DNA of 64,000 nucleotides. Source: Parcubacteria group bacterium GW2011_GWA2_51_10. Its GTDB lineage: Bacteria > Patescibacteriota > Minisyncoccia > Phycocordibacterales > UBA2100. Of this stretch, positions 1 to 9,107 are shown piece by piece; positions within the stretch are counted from its first letter, which is position 1, and each line of letters begins with the position of its first letter. Where the stretch lies: positions 2,530-66,529 of the forward strand of contig LCQS01000017.1 of assembly GCA_001004265.1 (NCBI GenBank), read 5' to 3'. A model generated the notes under the pieces. That model did no database searches. It worked only from the letters and a program-made list of their open reading frames with translations, and was not told where the DNA came from. The position numbers were made by a program, and so were the translations under genes.

Positions 1-248
1 AACGATGACTGAACGACGTTCGCCGATTGTGAAACTATCATAAATACTGAGTGATAAGTTAATAATGTTAGTAAAAGAATGTCTGGGTCGACCCCCTTTC
101 ATGGGCGCTCCTCGGCGCCCCGGCTACACTCGGCTCTCCGAGCGGCCACAAATAATGATAGCACCCATGAGAAAGGCAGACATCGCGAACAACATGACGC
201 GTGTGGATAGCAATAGTACGATTATAGGGCCGATTTGCTATATATTTC

Positions 249-863
249 TCACAAAAGCCGCGCTTTATCCAAAAGAACTTGGTGCGGGTAGTCCAAAGTG
301 TCTCGAATGAGGCGGTCTTCTATGGTGAGCCGATACCGGAATTCGAGCGTTGAAAAAGCGCTGTAGCGGATTTCGCGGCCGAAAAGACGCTCGAGTACGC
401 CGAGCGCGGCTTCGAGGCGACCTTCATTCATATTATCTGCGACGATTATCAGGTCTGCCGGCCGTGTCGGATCTCCCATGAAGCATCCGGAGATGATGAC
501 TGCCGTAAGACGGCCCGAATTCTTGAGGACGCCGACAATATCTGCGTACCGCCCCGGCGATACTTCATGAACGAAAGCGGAAAGTGCCCGCACATGCTTG
601 AAGTCTAGATTCAAAATCCAGCCAGCTTCAACTTTCTCTGGTTTCTTTTTTGAACTTTTCCGTCCGGCCTTCTCGATTTTTTTCTTGATAATTCCTATCT
701 GTTCGAGCCCTTTCAGCTCTTTATGCGCCGCTTTCAGACTTACGCCCGCGCGCTTCGCAGCTTTTGCAGCGGTGAATGCCTGCGTTTGTTCAAAAACAAA
801 AACCCTCAAGAGCTTCCCTCGCGCCGGATTTCCTAAGAACGTACCGAGGAAGTCCTCCTTCAT
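249..863 (-). CDS. winged-HTH plus nucleotidyltransferase-like domain protein (putative regulator)
   Basis: 204 aa; N-terminal HTH-like segment (AAKAAKRAGVSLKAAHKELKGLEQIGII); C-terminal SG..D-D pattern (ISGCFMGDPTRPADLIIV); extended -10 TGGTACTAT just upstream of ATG. Confidence 0.6.
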   Translation of the reverse strand: MKEDFLGTFLGNPARGKLLRVFVFEQTQAFTAAKAAKRAGVSLKAAHKELKGLEQIGIIKKKIEKAGRKSSKKKPEKVEAGWILNLDFKHVRALSAFVHEVSPGRYADIVGVLKNSGRLTAVIISGCFMGDPTRPADLIIVADNMNEGRLEAALGVLERLFGREIRYSAFSTLEFRYRLTIEDRLIRDTLDYPHQVLLDKARLL

Positions 864-914
864 ATGCTGAATAGTACCACTGACCTTTTCCTGTCAAGCA
901 TCAAAAAGTAGCGG

Positions 915-952
915 GGCAGCAAAAACCCCGCAATTGCGGGGTTTTTGCTGCC
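915..952. terminator. bidirectional intrinsic terminator downstream of rplL
   Basis: perfect palindrome ggcagcaaaaaccccgc-aatt-gcggggtttttgctgcc. Confidence 0.75.
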
Positions 953-1022
953 TTTGTCCCGAAATTCCACTTCGAGATTACTTTGCCACCAGCCGTCGGA
1001 TCTACTGTCTTGGTAACTTTGA

Positions 1023-1454
1023 TTACTTCAAAGTTACCTTACCGCCGGCTTCTTCGATTTTTTTCTTCCAATTCTCGGCGTCTTCTTTCTTCACGCCTTC
1101 CTTCATCATCGCTGGAGCGCTTTCGACGAGATCTTTTGCCTCCTTGAGGCCAAGCCCGAGAACTTCCTTCACGGCCTTGATCACGGCGATTTTCTGCTCG
1201 CCTGCCGATGTTAGCTCGACGTTGAATTCACTCTTCTCTTCTCCGGCGCCTGCTGCGGCCGCGGCTGCCGGAGCTGCGACTGCCTGCGCCGAAACGCCGA
1301 ATTTTTTCTCGAGAAACTTCACGAGCTCATTCAACTCCAAGACCGTCATTTTCTCGACCTGCTCGACGAGCGCCTTGAATTTCGACGGGGTTTCCAATGT
1401 TTCTGTCTCAGCTGCTACGGATTCTGCCGGAGCTGCCATGTTTTCGTCAACCAT
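1023..1454 (-). CDS. rplL: 50S ribosomal protein L7/L12
   Basis: [40 protein letters not shown] motifs; acidic N-terminal extension; exact start uncertain. Confidence 0.97.
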   Translation of the reverse strand: MVDENMAAPAESVAAETETLETPSKFKALVEQVEKMTVLELNELVKFLEKKFGVSAQAVAAPAAAAAAGAGEEKSEFNVELTSAGEQKIAVIKAVKEVLGLGLKEAKDLVESAPAMMKEGVKKEDAENWKKKIEEAGGKVTLK

Positions 1455-1461
1455 AGACAAT

Positions 1462-1500
1462 TAGTTCGTAGTACGTAGAACGTAGTACGTAGTACGTAGT
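1462..1500. repeat. heptamer tandem repeat (cgtagta)n between rplJ and rplL
   Basis: tagttcgtagtacgtagaacgtagtacgtagtacgtagt. Confidence 0.8.
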
Positions 1501-1511
1501 TAAAATTTCTC

Positions 1512-2015
1512 TTACGCCTGTTTCTGGTCCGCGATTGCTTTAAGGGCAATCGCAAGGCCGGCGATAGGACTATTAATTACATTCACGAACATGCCGCGCA
1601 AAATGGGAACTGGAGGAATCGTGGCAATTTCCATCATACCCTCTCTGCCGACGATTTTGCCCTCGAAGATGCCCCCGAGGATCGCGAGCTTGTCGGCTCC
1701 CATTTGCTTTGCAAAATTCCACACACGCCGCGCGGGGCCAGTAGGATCATTCGATTCTTTTGTGTCGAACGCGACCGATACTTCTCCATGAAGCGGCACA
1801 TCTTTGTGCTGAAGACCGAGCGCATCGAGCGCGCGGCGAATGAGCGATTTCTTTGCGACGATGTACGAGATGCCGTCCTGCCGGAATCCGCGCCGCATCG
1901 CCGTTTCCTCCGCGACGTTGATCTTCTCGAAATGCACAAAAACCGCCGATGAGGCGTTTTTGAATGCGTTCTCAAGTTTTGCGACGATTTCTTTTTTTTG
2001 TTCTTTTGATTTCAT
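1512..2015 (-). CDS. rplJ: 50S ribosomal protein L10
   Basis: KEQKKEIV..YIVAKKSLIRRAL..GGIFEG..IATIP pattern; upstream of rplL. Confidence 0.95.
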   Translation of the reverse strand: MKSKEQKKEIVAKLENAFKNASSAVFVHFEKINVAEETAMRRGFRQDGISYIVAKKSLIRRALDALGLQHKDVPLHGEVSVAFDTKESNDPTGPARRVWNFAKQMGADKLAILGGIFEGKIVGREGMMEIATIPPVPILRGMFVNVINSPIAGLAIALKAIADQKQA

Positions 2016-2019
2016 ATTC

Positions 2020-2125
2020 CGAAATAAAATGTCCCCTTTAAGGGACCGGAAAATACTTCTTCTGAAGCACTTCGACCTGAACAGGGTTTACTCGTATGCG
2101 AAACCCGTCTTCTCCGGTACGCGAG
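2020..2125 (-). promoter_or_regulatory. probable L10 leader (rplJ autoregulatory RNA)
   Basis: structured 5' region (minus strand GAAGACGGGTTT..AAACCC, ccggagaa..ttttccgg, gtccc-ttaaa-ggggac) directly upstream of rplJ. Confidence 0.45.
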
Positions 2126-2151
2126 TTAGTTTACTCACAATGCGAGGCGAG

Positions 2152-2319
2152 TCAATCTCCTGCGCCGACAAGCGCACGGATCGCCGCCGCGGCCTGCTCT
2201 TCCGCGCTCTGCGCCATTTCGTATTTTTGGACGCCGTATGTAACGGCGAAGCTCACGCTTATAAATACCAGAAAGCCAACGAGAAATTTGAAGAACGATC
2301 CAGTTGGACTTGGACTCAT
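2152..2319 (-). CDS. small membrane protein
   Basis: 55 aa with one hydrophobic helix (FFKFLVGFLVFISVSFAVTYGV). Confidence 0.6.
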   Translation of the reverse strand: MSPSPTGSFFKFLVGFLVFISVSFAVTYGVQKYEMAQSAEEQAAAAIRALVGAGD

Positions 2320-2371
2320 GATTAGTATTCTACATCTTTTATACGGCGATGCGCTTGTATAATGAACAGGC

Positions 2372-3202
2372 ATGAAAAAATATCTTATTTTGGTCTTTAT
2401 TCTCTATATCCTCTTGCAGGCCCCTTCTGTTATCAATGCCGATGAGAAAATCCCGGCCGGGTTTCCTGCGCAGTCTATTTGGACTTCGCAAGCGAGTGCT
2501 GTTGAAGGTGAGACGATAGATGTGTACGCAGCCATCCACAATGGCAGTGCGGAATCCATCAAAGGAAACGTCACATTCTCCGTTGATGGAAAATCTATTG
2601 GTTCGAAATCTTTTGAGATTTCTGCCGGAAAATCCGAACTCGTGTCAATCGCATGGAAGACGGTAGCGGGAACGCACATTATTCGCGCAAACATCGAAAG
2701 CGAATCGGGAGTGAAAAACGATCAGAGCGGCGATCTTTCCATAACGATCTCAAACGCGCCTGCTCCAACGCAGTTGGAGCAGGGCGCGCAAGTTGTTTCT
2801 GAAGCGGCTGCGAAAATTGCTTCCGCATCTGCTCCGGCAGTTGCGTCTGTGGCGCAAAACATTATTCAGGGAGCGGAAGCTTTTCGACAAAGTGGCATCG
2901 CATACGCGCAGAGAAATATGGAATCTGCAGAAAACGAGGGGGTAAAACAAGATGACGCATCGCCTGACACGCCAGCGGGGCAGAAAGAGAGCGTCGCTAC
3001 CAAAGAAGTCCCGGGATCGGTTGCAGGTGCGAAAACGTCAGGAGAAGCCCAGAATTCTGTGTTTGCAAAATTGTCCCAGCTTGCGGCACCGGCGATTCTC
3101 TTCAGTTTCGGAAACCGCGCGATTTTCTACCCGCTTCTCTCCCTACTCGCCCTCGTTATTTTATTCGTACTTGGCAGAATGGTCCGCCGCCCGCAGTTGT
3201 AG
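2372..3202 (+). CDS. secreted CARDB/Ig-like domain protein with C-terminal membrane anchor
   Basis: signal peptide; beta-rich domain (IYAAIHN..VTFSVDG..WKTVAGTHIIRANI); C-terminal TM; TATAAT just upstream. Confidence 0.75.
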   Translation: MKKYLILVFILYILLQAPSVINADEKIPAGFPAQSIWTSQASAVEGETIDVYAAIHNGSAESIKGNVTFSVDGKSIGSKSFEISAGKSELVSIAWKTVAGTHIIRANIESESGVKNDQSGDLSITISNAPAPTQLEQGAQVVSEAAAKIASASAPAVASVAQNIIQGAEAFRQSGIAYAQRNMESAENEGVKQDDASPDTPAGQKESVATKEVPGSVAGAKTSGEAQNSVFAKLSQLAAPAILFSFGNRAIFYPLLSLLALVILFVLGRMVRRPQL

Positions 3203-3346
3203 TCCTTGCCGCGCACGCTAGGGCGCGGCGCCGTAAACCCACGGGATAATTCTATAGTTGTCGTGCGGCGGCGTTCCCGTACCAGTTTTGAAATACTCGT
3301 TGGATGCTGGGTGTTTGGTACGATGTTGGAACTTTACTGCGCTAGC

Positions 3347-3868
3347 CTAGCGTCGAAAGTCCGGGTACTTTTTTAGTTTAAATGGGATGGAAACGACGCC
3401 ATCTTTTCTTTCACGAACCGGTGATTCCTTTGCACTGTATTGAAGTACTGTAAATTGAACTTCTGACGTACTTTGTACTTTTATTTTTAGATTGACAACT
3501 TCTTTAGGATTTAACTTCTGAATTCTAAAAAGCCAAACTTTTTTACCAACCTGGTCTTTAGCCATTACTGCCACGTGGTTAGTATTCACATTCATATGCT
3601 CGACGGTTTTACCGATGGGGGTATCATCTGAGATCGTAGTGATATCAAACCCGTCAGCAGAGAGGCCCTCAACGTAGATATCGTAGAGTTCGCTGTTGAG
3701 TCTGTTGGTGATTTTTAAGTCGCGAATTTCTACCCACTCATCAGATGCATCTGACTTCATCCGTCTAGGATTAATCTTGACGGGCGAAATACCATTAAAC
3801 AGATAAACGCCCATTTTTAAGATTGCGTCAAATGTGAGATCAAATATTTTTTCGATAAAAAAGCCCAT
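3347..3868 (-). CDS. hypothetical protein (AT-rich island)
   Basis: 173-aa ORF, beta-rich, visibly lower GC than flanks. Confidence 0.6.
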   Translation of the reverse strand: MGFFIEKIFDLTFDAILKMGVYLFNGISPVKINPRRMKSDASDEWVEIRDLKITNRLNSELYDIYVEGLSADGFDITTISDDTPIGKTVEHMNVNTNHVAVMAKDQVGKKVWLFRIQKLNPKEVVNLKIKVQSTSEVQFTVLQYSAKESPVRERKDGVVSIPFKLKKYPDFRR

Positions 3869-3920
3869 TGGTTTGTTTGCTTTTAAATGCTAGCAGGCAA
3901 AATATTTTCAGTGCATCTCG

Positions 3921-4571
3921 TTAATTTTGTTCTCTAACTAATTTTTTGTATTTACACCAGGCGCAGTTCGAGGTAGCAGTAGGAAGAACACCGGAAAGAA
4001 GCCCTGAAATTTCTTCAATTAGTCGAAAAAACTGCTGCATATCTTCTTTGACTTCAAAATATTGTGGTTGAGAAGTAAAGACCGCGCGCCCTTCCTTTAT
4101 TTCTACGGATTGTGGAGACAAGGTTACGATGCCCATGTGCTGAACTTTTCTTGGCTCACCTTCTTGCGGATTTTCGAAAGCAAACTTGTAAGCGTGCAGC
4201 TGTGAGCCATATCTTTGCAATATTTTCTCCTGAGTGCTGTCAATGATTTTGAAGTCGATCACCGTGTGTTCTCCACTCGGAGTTCTGCACAAAATATCAA
4301 ACCTTCCGCTGATATAACAATCACTGCTGGGGATGATTGTGGACTTTAACCAGCCTTCTTGTGATTCGACTATGACGTCCGGAAGGTCTGGATGAATATT
4401 CCGCATATTCATCCCAACAATGTGCGATTGAAGAAGAGAATTCATTCGCGCAAAGATACCCGGGAAAGGCATCGACGGCAGAGCCAGCCCCAGTTTAACT
4501 TTAGAGTAGTAGCAGTGTTTGCAGTCACCTAAGAGATAGCCAAAATCAGAGGGACTGAGTTTATAACTCAT
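3921..4571 (-). CDS. PD-(D/E)XK nuclease family protein (RecB/Cas4-like)
   Basis: LSPS N-terminus, GRFD..VIDFK catalytic motifs, QLHAY motif, Cys pairs CKHC and CAWC. Confidence 0.85.
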   Translation of the reverse strand: MSYKLSPSDFGYLLGDCKHCYYSKVKLGLALPSMPFPGIFARMNSLLQSHIVGMNMRNIHPDLPDVIVESQEGWLKSTIIPSSDCYISGRFDILCRTPSGEHTVIDFKIIDSTQEKILQRYGSQLHAYKFAFENPQEGEPRKVQHMGIVTLSPQSVEIKEGRAVFTSQPQYFEVKEDMQQFFRLIEEISGLLSGVLPTATSNCAWCKYKKLVREQN

Positions 4572-4576
4572 TTTGC

Positions 4577-4744
4577 TTACGGCTCAAATCCTCCAGTTGC
4601 TTCTTTTTTCTCGCACTTGCTACACGTTCGCAACTGCTGATCTTTCCTGTCATTGGGCTCTCCGCAGGATAAACAGCGACCTTCTCTCCACGCCTCGTCT
4701 GCAAGATCTTGACCCTGGTTCGATAAATCATTCTCGTTGCTCAT
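4577..4744 (-). CDS. small zinc-finger-like protein (not in ORF track)
   Basis: manual translation MSNENDLSNQGQDLADEAWREGRCLSCGEPNDRKDQQLRTCSKCEKKEATGGFEP; two CxxC; stop 5 nt before the nuclease start. Confidence 0.6.
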   Translation of the reverse strand: MSNENDLSNQGQDLADEAWREGRCLSCGEPNDRKDQQLRTCSKCEKKEATGGFEP

Positions 4745-4924
4745 ATAAAATAGTATTTAACCCTAATGGAACCACTGTATAACCTTTAAAATCGAAGTAA
4801 AGCTACCCGTTTTACGTTATATATTCTCGGCATATGCTGCGAGCACCAAAACACCGAGCACAAACCACCAGCGATAGTAGATCGGTCGATTATGTCCTAT
4901 TCCTATGTATCCTGGCCATCTGAC

Positions 4925-4981
4925 TTATCCCCACCGTTGTGAGCACTAAATCCACATACTTATCCTCACCCCTTATCCACT
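4925..4981. promoter_or_regulatory. cluster of DnaA-box-like motifs
   Basis: ttatcccca, aaatccaca, ttatcctca, ttatccact within ~60 nt. Confidence 0.45.
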
Positions 4982-5009
4982 TCACCACCGCTATTACGTT
5001 CCTCAAGAA

Positions 5010-6380
5010 CTACTTGGATTTGAGGAGGAAGGCGCCGAAGGCGCCGGAAACGAGGCTTTGGTTGTAGAGTTCGGGCGAAAATGGATCGGCAAATTTCCGC
5101 TCGGGTTCCTTGCGTGTTTCGTCGCACCAAACGCAGACAGCATCCCACGTTTTGGTCCACCAAGGTTCAGAGTAATCATCGCCAGGTGTAAAAACCTCTA
5201 CGCGCTGATCCCACGGAGTCGGCACGTACTCGCTGTCCTCGATTCTGTATTCCTGTGGCTGTTCAGTAAATGGCAGTTGCTGCTCGACCGATTCGCCCAC
5301 AGCGGGTCCGAATTCATCGTCGTTGTACGCACCGATTGGGACATCTTTATAAACATCGCCTTCGTACTCCTGCCGCGGGTTATAGAGAGGCTCTGGTGCA
5401 TTGAGAGATCCAGGAAAGAACTCATCGTCGCTGTACGCACCGATTGGGACATTTTTGTACGTATCTTCAGAATACTGCTGGTCCTGATTGTAGCGCGGTG
5501 CGACTTCCGCGCTGTCTTGGCTCCAGATATTGTTCCACAGACTGCTCCAGAATCCTTCAGCTGGCGGCTGTGGCATGGAGCCAAGGTCGTCTCCAGAAGA
5601 TGGGAACGGCGAGCTTGAGTCGTCGGTTCCCCACGAGACCGCTCTTTCCGTACCGACTGATGCGCGAGGCGGCTCGCTCCTCGAGGTAGTAAACCAGCTT
5701 GCCACGCGCTGAAAAAAACCACTCGAATCTTCATCCGGCAAGGGTTGGTATGCTTCGCCATCGGCCGGATATGGAGAATCCCAGCGCGGCTCGTCGCTGG
5801 TGACTCGCACATTCCAATTTGGAGTTCTTTCCTCAACCGGAGCTCGCCATTGTGTCTGAAGCGACCCCCACTCTCCCGGCTCGAGACCACCGGTTGCCCT
5901 TACTGTCTCAGCAATCTCACTGTTGCTTGGTCCCTCTACGCATTGGAGGTAGCGATAGTAATCATCTTCGCCAGGGTATCTATCCGCACAGGTAATATCA
6001 ATCGTACCGTATAATTGCCGCTCTACGCGCGGTGCTGCAGGTGCTTCTGCTGTTGAGATTCGATACTTTTCAGGATTATCGATGCAGTCCTTTAGTTCAT
6101 TCCAATCGCCGTTCCTTTGATATAGGTTATTGCACTCAGGATATGAAGGCGAGTTGTAATTAATTCCGGAAACTGATTTCGCAGACGTCTGTGCTCCGCC
6201 AGACGGAGCAGTGGGTACGCGCGCACCTACGCTCGGTGTTTTTTGTAGAGTGCTTGGAGCCGGAGTTGTCGCTATTCTCCGGCTGATACAGTTAGCAACT
6301 AGTGCATCTCCGAGAAGGCTTAGCCTGTTCAATAATTCCGCCGGCCCGCTTGCCAGTACTTGGCGATGCCGCAGACTCAA
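5010..6380 (-). CDS. low-complexity secreted/surface protein, C-terminal part (probably continuous with 6292..7224)
   Basis: 456-aa P/S/E-rich ORF with internal repeat YKNVPIGAYSDDEF / YKDVPIGAYNDDEF; no own signal peptide; overlaps upstream ORF. Confidence 0.65.
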   Translation of the reverse strand: MSLRHRQVLASGPAELLNRLSLLGDALVANCISRRIATTPAPSTLQKTPSVGARVPTAPSGGAQTSAKSVSGINYNSPSYPECNNLYQRNGDWNELKDCIDNPEKYRISTAEAPAAPRVERQLYGTIDITCADRYPGEDDYYRYLQCVEGPSNSEIAETVRATGGLEPGEWGSLQTQWRAPVEERTPNWNVRVTSDEPRWDSPYPADGEAYQPLPDEDSSGFFQRVASWFTTSRSEPPRASVGTERAVSWGTDDSSSPFPSSGDDLGSMPQPPAEGFWSSLWNNIWSQDSAEVAPRYNQDQQYSEDTYKNVPIGAYSDDEFFPGSLNAPEPLYNPRQEYEGDVYKDVPIGAYNDDEFGPAVGESVEQQLPFTEQPQEYRIEDSEYVPTPWDQRVEVFTPGDDYSEPWWTKTWDAVCVWCDETRKEPERKFADPFSPELYNQSLVSGAFGAFLLKSK

Positions 6381-7224
6381 AATCTGCTCCTGAATCTAGC
6401 CCGGTGGGAAAGGTTTGCTGGGGCGCAGTGCTTCGCAATGGATTGCCTCCCAAGTATGTCTGATATAAACGATTCAGGCATGAATTATATGCTCTGCTCC
6501 CGATGGGATCTTCTAACGCACACGCTTGTTGAAAACTTTGGTTCGTCGCGTAATCTATATCAGGCTGAGCTGAAGGAACTGCTGGAACTGTTGAAGGTGC
6601 GGCAGGCTTTATCTGAAAACCGCGCGGCAGTGGAGCTGCCGACTTTGGACCTGCCATAACAGCCTTGAACCGGGCGTCGACTTCCGCCTGCGGAAGACCC
6701 GCGTTTACGGCATCTTGATACTCATCTGCGATTTGAAATTTGTCTTTTCCCGCAGAAGGACCGAATAAGCCGCTGCTCGGCGTATTTCGATCCAGAGCAC
6801 GGGAACGCGCCAGCGCTTCATCAACCGGAAAGGAGCTGTAAAGCGATCTATCAAGTGCTCGCGATTCTGCCAGAAATGGATCATTCCCGGGCGTATCTCC
6901 CCCATCTGCCCAGCACGAGTCAAATGCTTGCATATCATTTGGATGTTGGCTAAAACAATACTGTACGCGAGGATATTCAAACGTATCAGCCATTTCTGTT
7001 GTGCACGTACCAAGGTTTTTCCCGAAAGAACCATCGGAAATAAGCCATTGACAGTATGTATCGAGTGCCTGATCCCTTGTAATTTCCTCAGTTTCTTTAG
7101 GGCAGGTGTTCCCATAACCAAGGAAACAAAATGCCTGTGCCTTTGCGGGGATAGAAAAAACAATTACGATAAAAAGCGCAAATGAGATGACGAACAAAAA
7201 TCCCAATCGCGAGGATCGAGTCAT
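6292..7224 (-). CDS. secreted Cys-containing protein, N-terminal part
   Basis: signal peptide ending PAKAQA; paired Cys modules; internal repeat SRALDR. Confidence 0.7.
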   Translation of the reverse strand: MTRSSRLGFLFVISFALFIVIVFSIPAKAQAFCFLGYGNTCPKETEEITRDQALDTYCQWLISDGSFGKNLGTCTTEMADTFEYPRVQYCFSQHPNDMQAFDSCWADGGDTPGNDPFLAESRALDRSLYSSFPVDEALARSRALDRNTPSSGLFGPSAGKDKFQIADEYQDAVNAGLPQAEVDARFKAVMAGPKSAAPLPRGFQIKPAAPSTVPAVPSAQPDIDYATNQSFQQACALEDPIGSRAYNSCLNRLYQTYLGGNPLRSTAPQQTFPTGLDSGADFESAASPSTGKRAGGIIEQAKPSRRCTSC

Positions 7225-7242
7225 GCTTCAATAATACTCTGA

Positions 7243-7274
7243 TGTGGATAAATCGGGGAATTTCGTGTGGATAA
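7243..7274. promoter_or_regulatory. two consensus DnaA boxes
   Basis: tgtggataa at 7243-7251 and 7266-7274 (reverse complement of TTATCCACA). Confidence 0.6.
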
Positions 7275-7323
7275 AGCTGTGCAGAATCGATTTCAATTCG
7301 CAGCGACGAGTTCGAGGAAAATA

Positions 7324-8190
7324 CTACGGATTCGAATTTACGTATGCTCTAGTCTTCGCCCCAAAGTAGCCGGCCACCGGAGTGATTCCTGCTGCTTTCT
7401 GCAATCTAATTACCGCTGCGCGCGTGAAAGCGCCAAATTTGGTCGTCTCGTTTCCAGGAGAGCCGGGGCCACTCGCGGCTATGAGGTAACCATGCGCATT
7501 GAGCCAGACTTGGAGCTGCTTCACATCAGAGCCGGTGGATCCGAGCTGCAAATTGCGCGCGAAGTTTGCGCCGACGGTCGTTTGACCTGTCATTGCCGCC
7601 AACTGTGCCATGAGCGCATTGATCTGCGCGGTGAGCTGCGCAATGAGCGCGGTGCGCTGCTCTGCTGTCAGAGTACCCGTAGCTGCCGGCAGCGTTGCGG
7701 TAGTGGTAGTTGTCACCACAGGCGTAGTTACGACCGCTGTGGTGCCACCGCCGCCTCCCCCGCCACCTCCTCCGCCTCCGCCTCCGCCTCCGCCGCCACT
7801 GCCTGTAGTTGCGGCGCATGAACCGGTGTCAGGTTCGATGGTAATCGTTCTTGAATTGGTAGTTCCCTGAAAGCTTACAGATGAACTGGAGTCCGCCGTG
7901 CACGTCGAGGCGCTTATCGCCTCGGACGGCGCATTGTGCGTGATCTTATATCCATTCCCCTGCTGGATCGTTATGGAGGATCCGGACAACAGCACGAATG
8001 AGAAGTTGCCCGCATTTACCGTTATCGATTCGATTGACGCGCTGCTTCCGGATACGGAGTACGTGATGCCTCCCGCCGTGATGTTCGTATCAGTCGTAAG
8101 CGTGACATCATCTGCAGCCGCGAACGCAAGGATTGGCGCAAGCAGCGCTAGGAGCGTGCCTGTGAGAATTTTTTTCAGATTCATGGCCAT
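7324..8190 (-). CDS. secreted protein with poly-Gly linker and C-terminal peptidoglycan-binding domain
   Basis: signal peptide; long Gly run; FARNLQLGSTGSDVKQLQVWLN..FGAFTRAAVIRLQ..GYFGAKTRA. Confidence 0.88.
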   Translation of the reverse strand: MAMNLKKILTGTLLALLAPILAFAAADDVTLTTDTNITAGGITYSVSGSSASIESITVNAGNFSFVLLSGSSITIQQGNGYKITHNAPSEAISASTCTADSSSSVSFQGTTNSRTITIEPDTGSCAATTGSGGGGGGGGGGGGGGGGGGTTAVVTTPVVTTTTTATLPAATGTLTAEQRTALIAQLTAQINALMAQLAAMTGQTTVGANFARNLQLGSTGSDVKQLQVWLNAHGYLIAASGPGSPGNETTKFGAFTRAAVIRLQKAAGITPVAGYFGAKTRAYVNSNP

Positions 8191-8221
8191 TTTCGCTTAG
8201 AAGCTAATAATGTGTGCTTCT

Positions 8222-8908
8222 CTAGCGGACAGCCCAGAAGTTCACAGAGGTTCCGTTCAATGTCGTGTTGCCGTTATTGCTGTCCATATCCGTGTTGAGT
8301 ACACGCAGATGGACGGTCCCCGCCGTTGCACTGGACGAAGCTGCCTGAATCACGAAGCTGCTCTCGAATGAGCTTGTCGCCTGAACGAGTACTCTGTAGC
8401 TGTTCGTAAGACCCGTAGCCCCCGTGCAATCCACATATTTCGTCGTGGACGCGGTAAAGCTTGTCACGTCAGCAAACGAACAAAAGCCAAATACCATCCC
8501 ATTAATGGTGCTGACGCGATCGTCTCCGACACGTAGTGCCGTCGTCGAAGCGGCAGTCCCTATGGAGAGCGTGCCATCTATCTCGGCGTCTCCCTCAACA
8601 CCAAGCTCATCTGCGCCGACATCACCAATCTGATCGAATGTAGCGCCAGTGCCGATGCGAAGTTGCGTGAAATACGCGTTCGCGGTTACGCTGTCTGCTA
8701 CAGTGTCTCCAAACGTAAGATCTCCCCATGTCGTAACGGCCCCCGTGACTTGGAGCGTCGTTGATGCATTAATCGCGCCACCAGTAGTTATGCTCGTGCT
8801 GATGGTCGTCGCTCCTTGAACGAACGCCACAACGACAAATACTCCCGCTACGACCGCAATCGTCATGTAGGCAAGACGGCGGTCAAGAACAAACCATGAT
8901 TTCTTCAT
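8222..8908 (-). CDS. membrane-anchored Thr/Ser-rich surface protein
   Basis: N-terminal TM followed by ATTISTSI and ASTT repeats; beta-rich C-terminus. Confidence 0.75.
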   Translation of the reverse strand: MKKSWFVLDRRLAYMTIAVVAGVFVVVAFVQGATTISTSITTGGAINASTTLQVTGAVTTWGDLTFGDTVADSVTANAYFTQLRIGTGATFDQIGDVGADELGVEGDAEIDGTLSIGTAASTTALRVGDDRVSTINGMVFGFCSFADVTSFTASTTKYVDCTGATGLTNSYRVLVQATSSFESSFVIQAASSSATAGTVHLRVLNTDMDSNNGNTTLNGTSVNFWAVR

Positions 8909-9107
8909 AGTATTTTCATGTTTATGATTAAAAAAATGCCCTCGTAATATAGCGTGGCGATCCTGCGGATCTTCCGCACCATTGCTCTGATGCTACACCC
9001 CCTATTGCCCCGTCAAGCTTAGCGGGCCTTTTTTAGTGGATAACTCGCAACCAGTGCGCAGAACCGGACGATATTTAAATATTTCAAAATGACAGGAGGG
9101 ATCCGGC

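Noticed and set aside
4810-4920. Hydrophobic reading frame (IYYRWWFVLGVLVLAAYAENI) on the minus strand
   Set aside because: An in-frame stop lies just upstream and there is no usable start; at most a gene remnant.
5300-5480. Direct repeat (tcatcgtcg.tgtacgcaccgattgggacat) as a possible CRISPR array or DGR repeat pair near the Cas4-like gene
   Set aside because: There are only two copies, both in frame and encoding a protein repeat (VPIGAY.DDEF); no spacer array or reverse transcriptase is present.
7743-7800. GGC/GGA-rich low-complexity run
   Set aside because: It encodes an ordinary poly-Gly linker.
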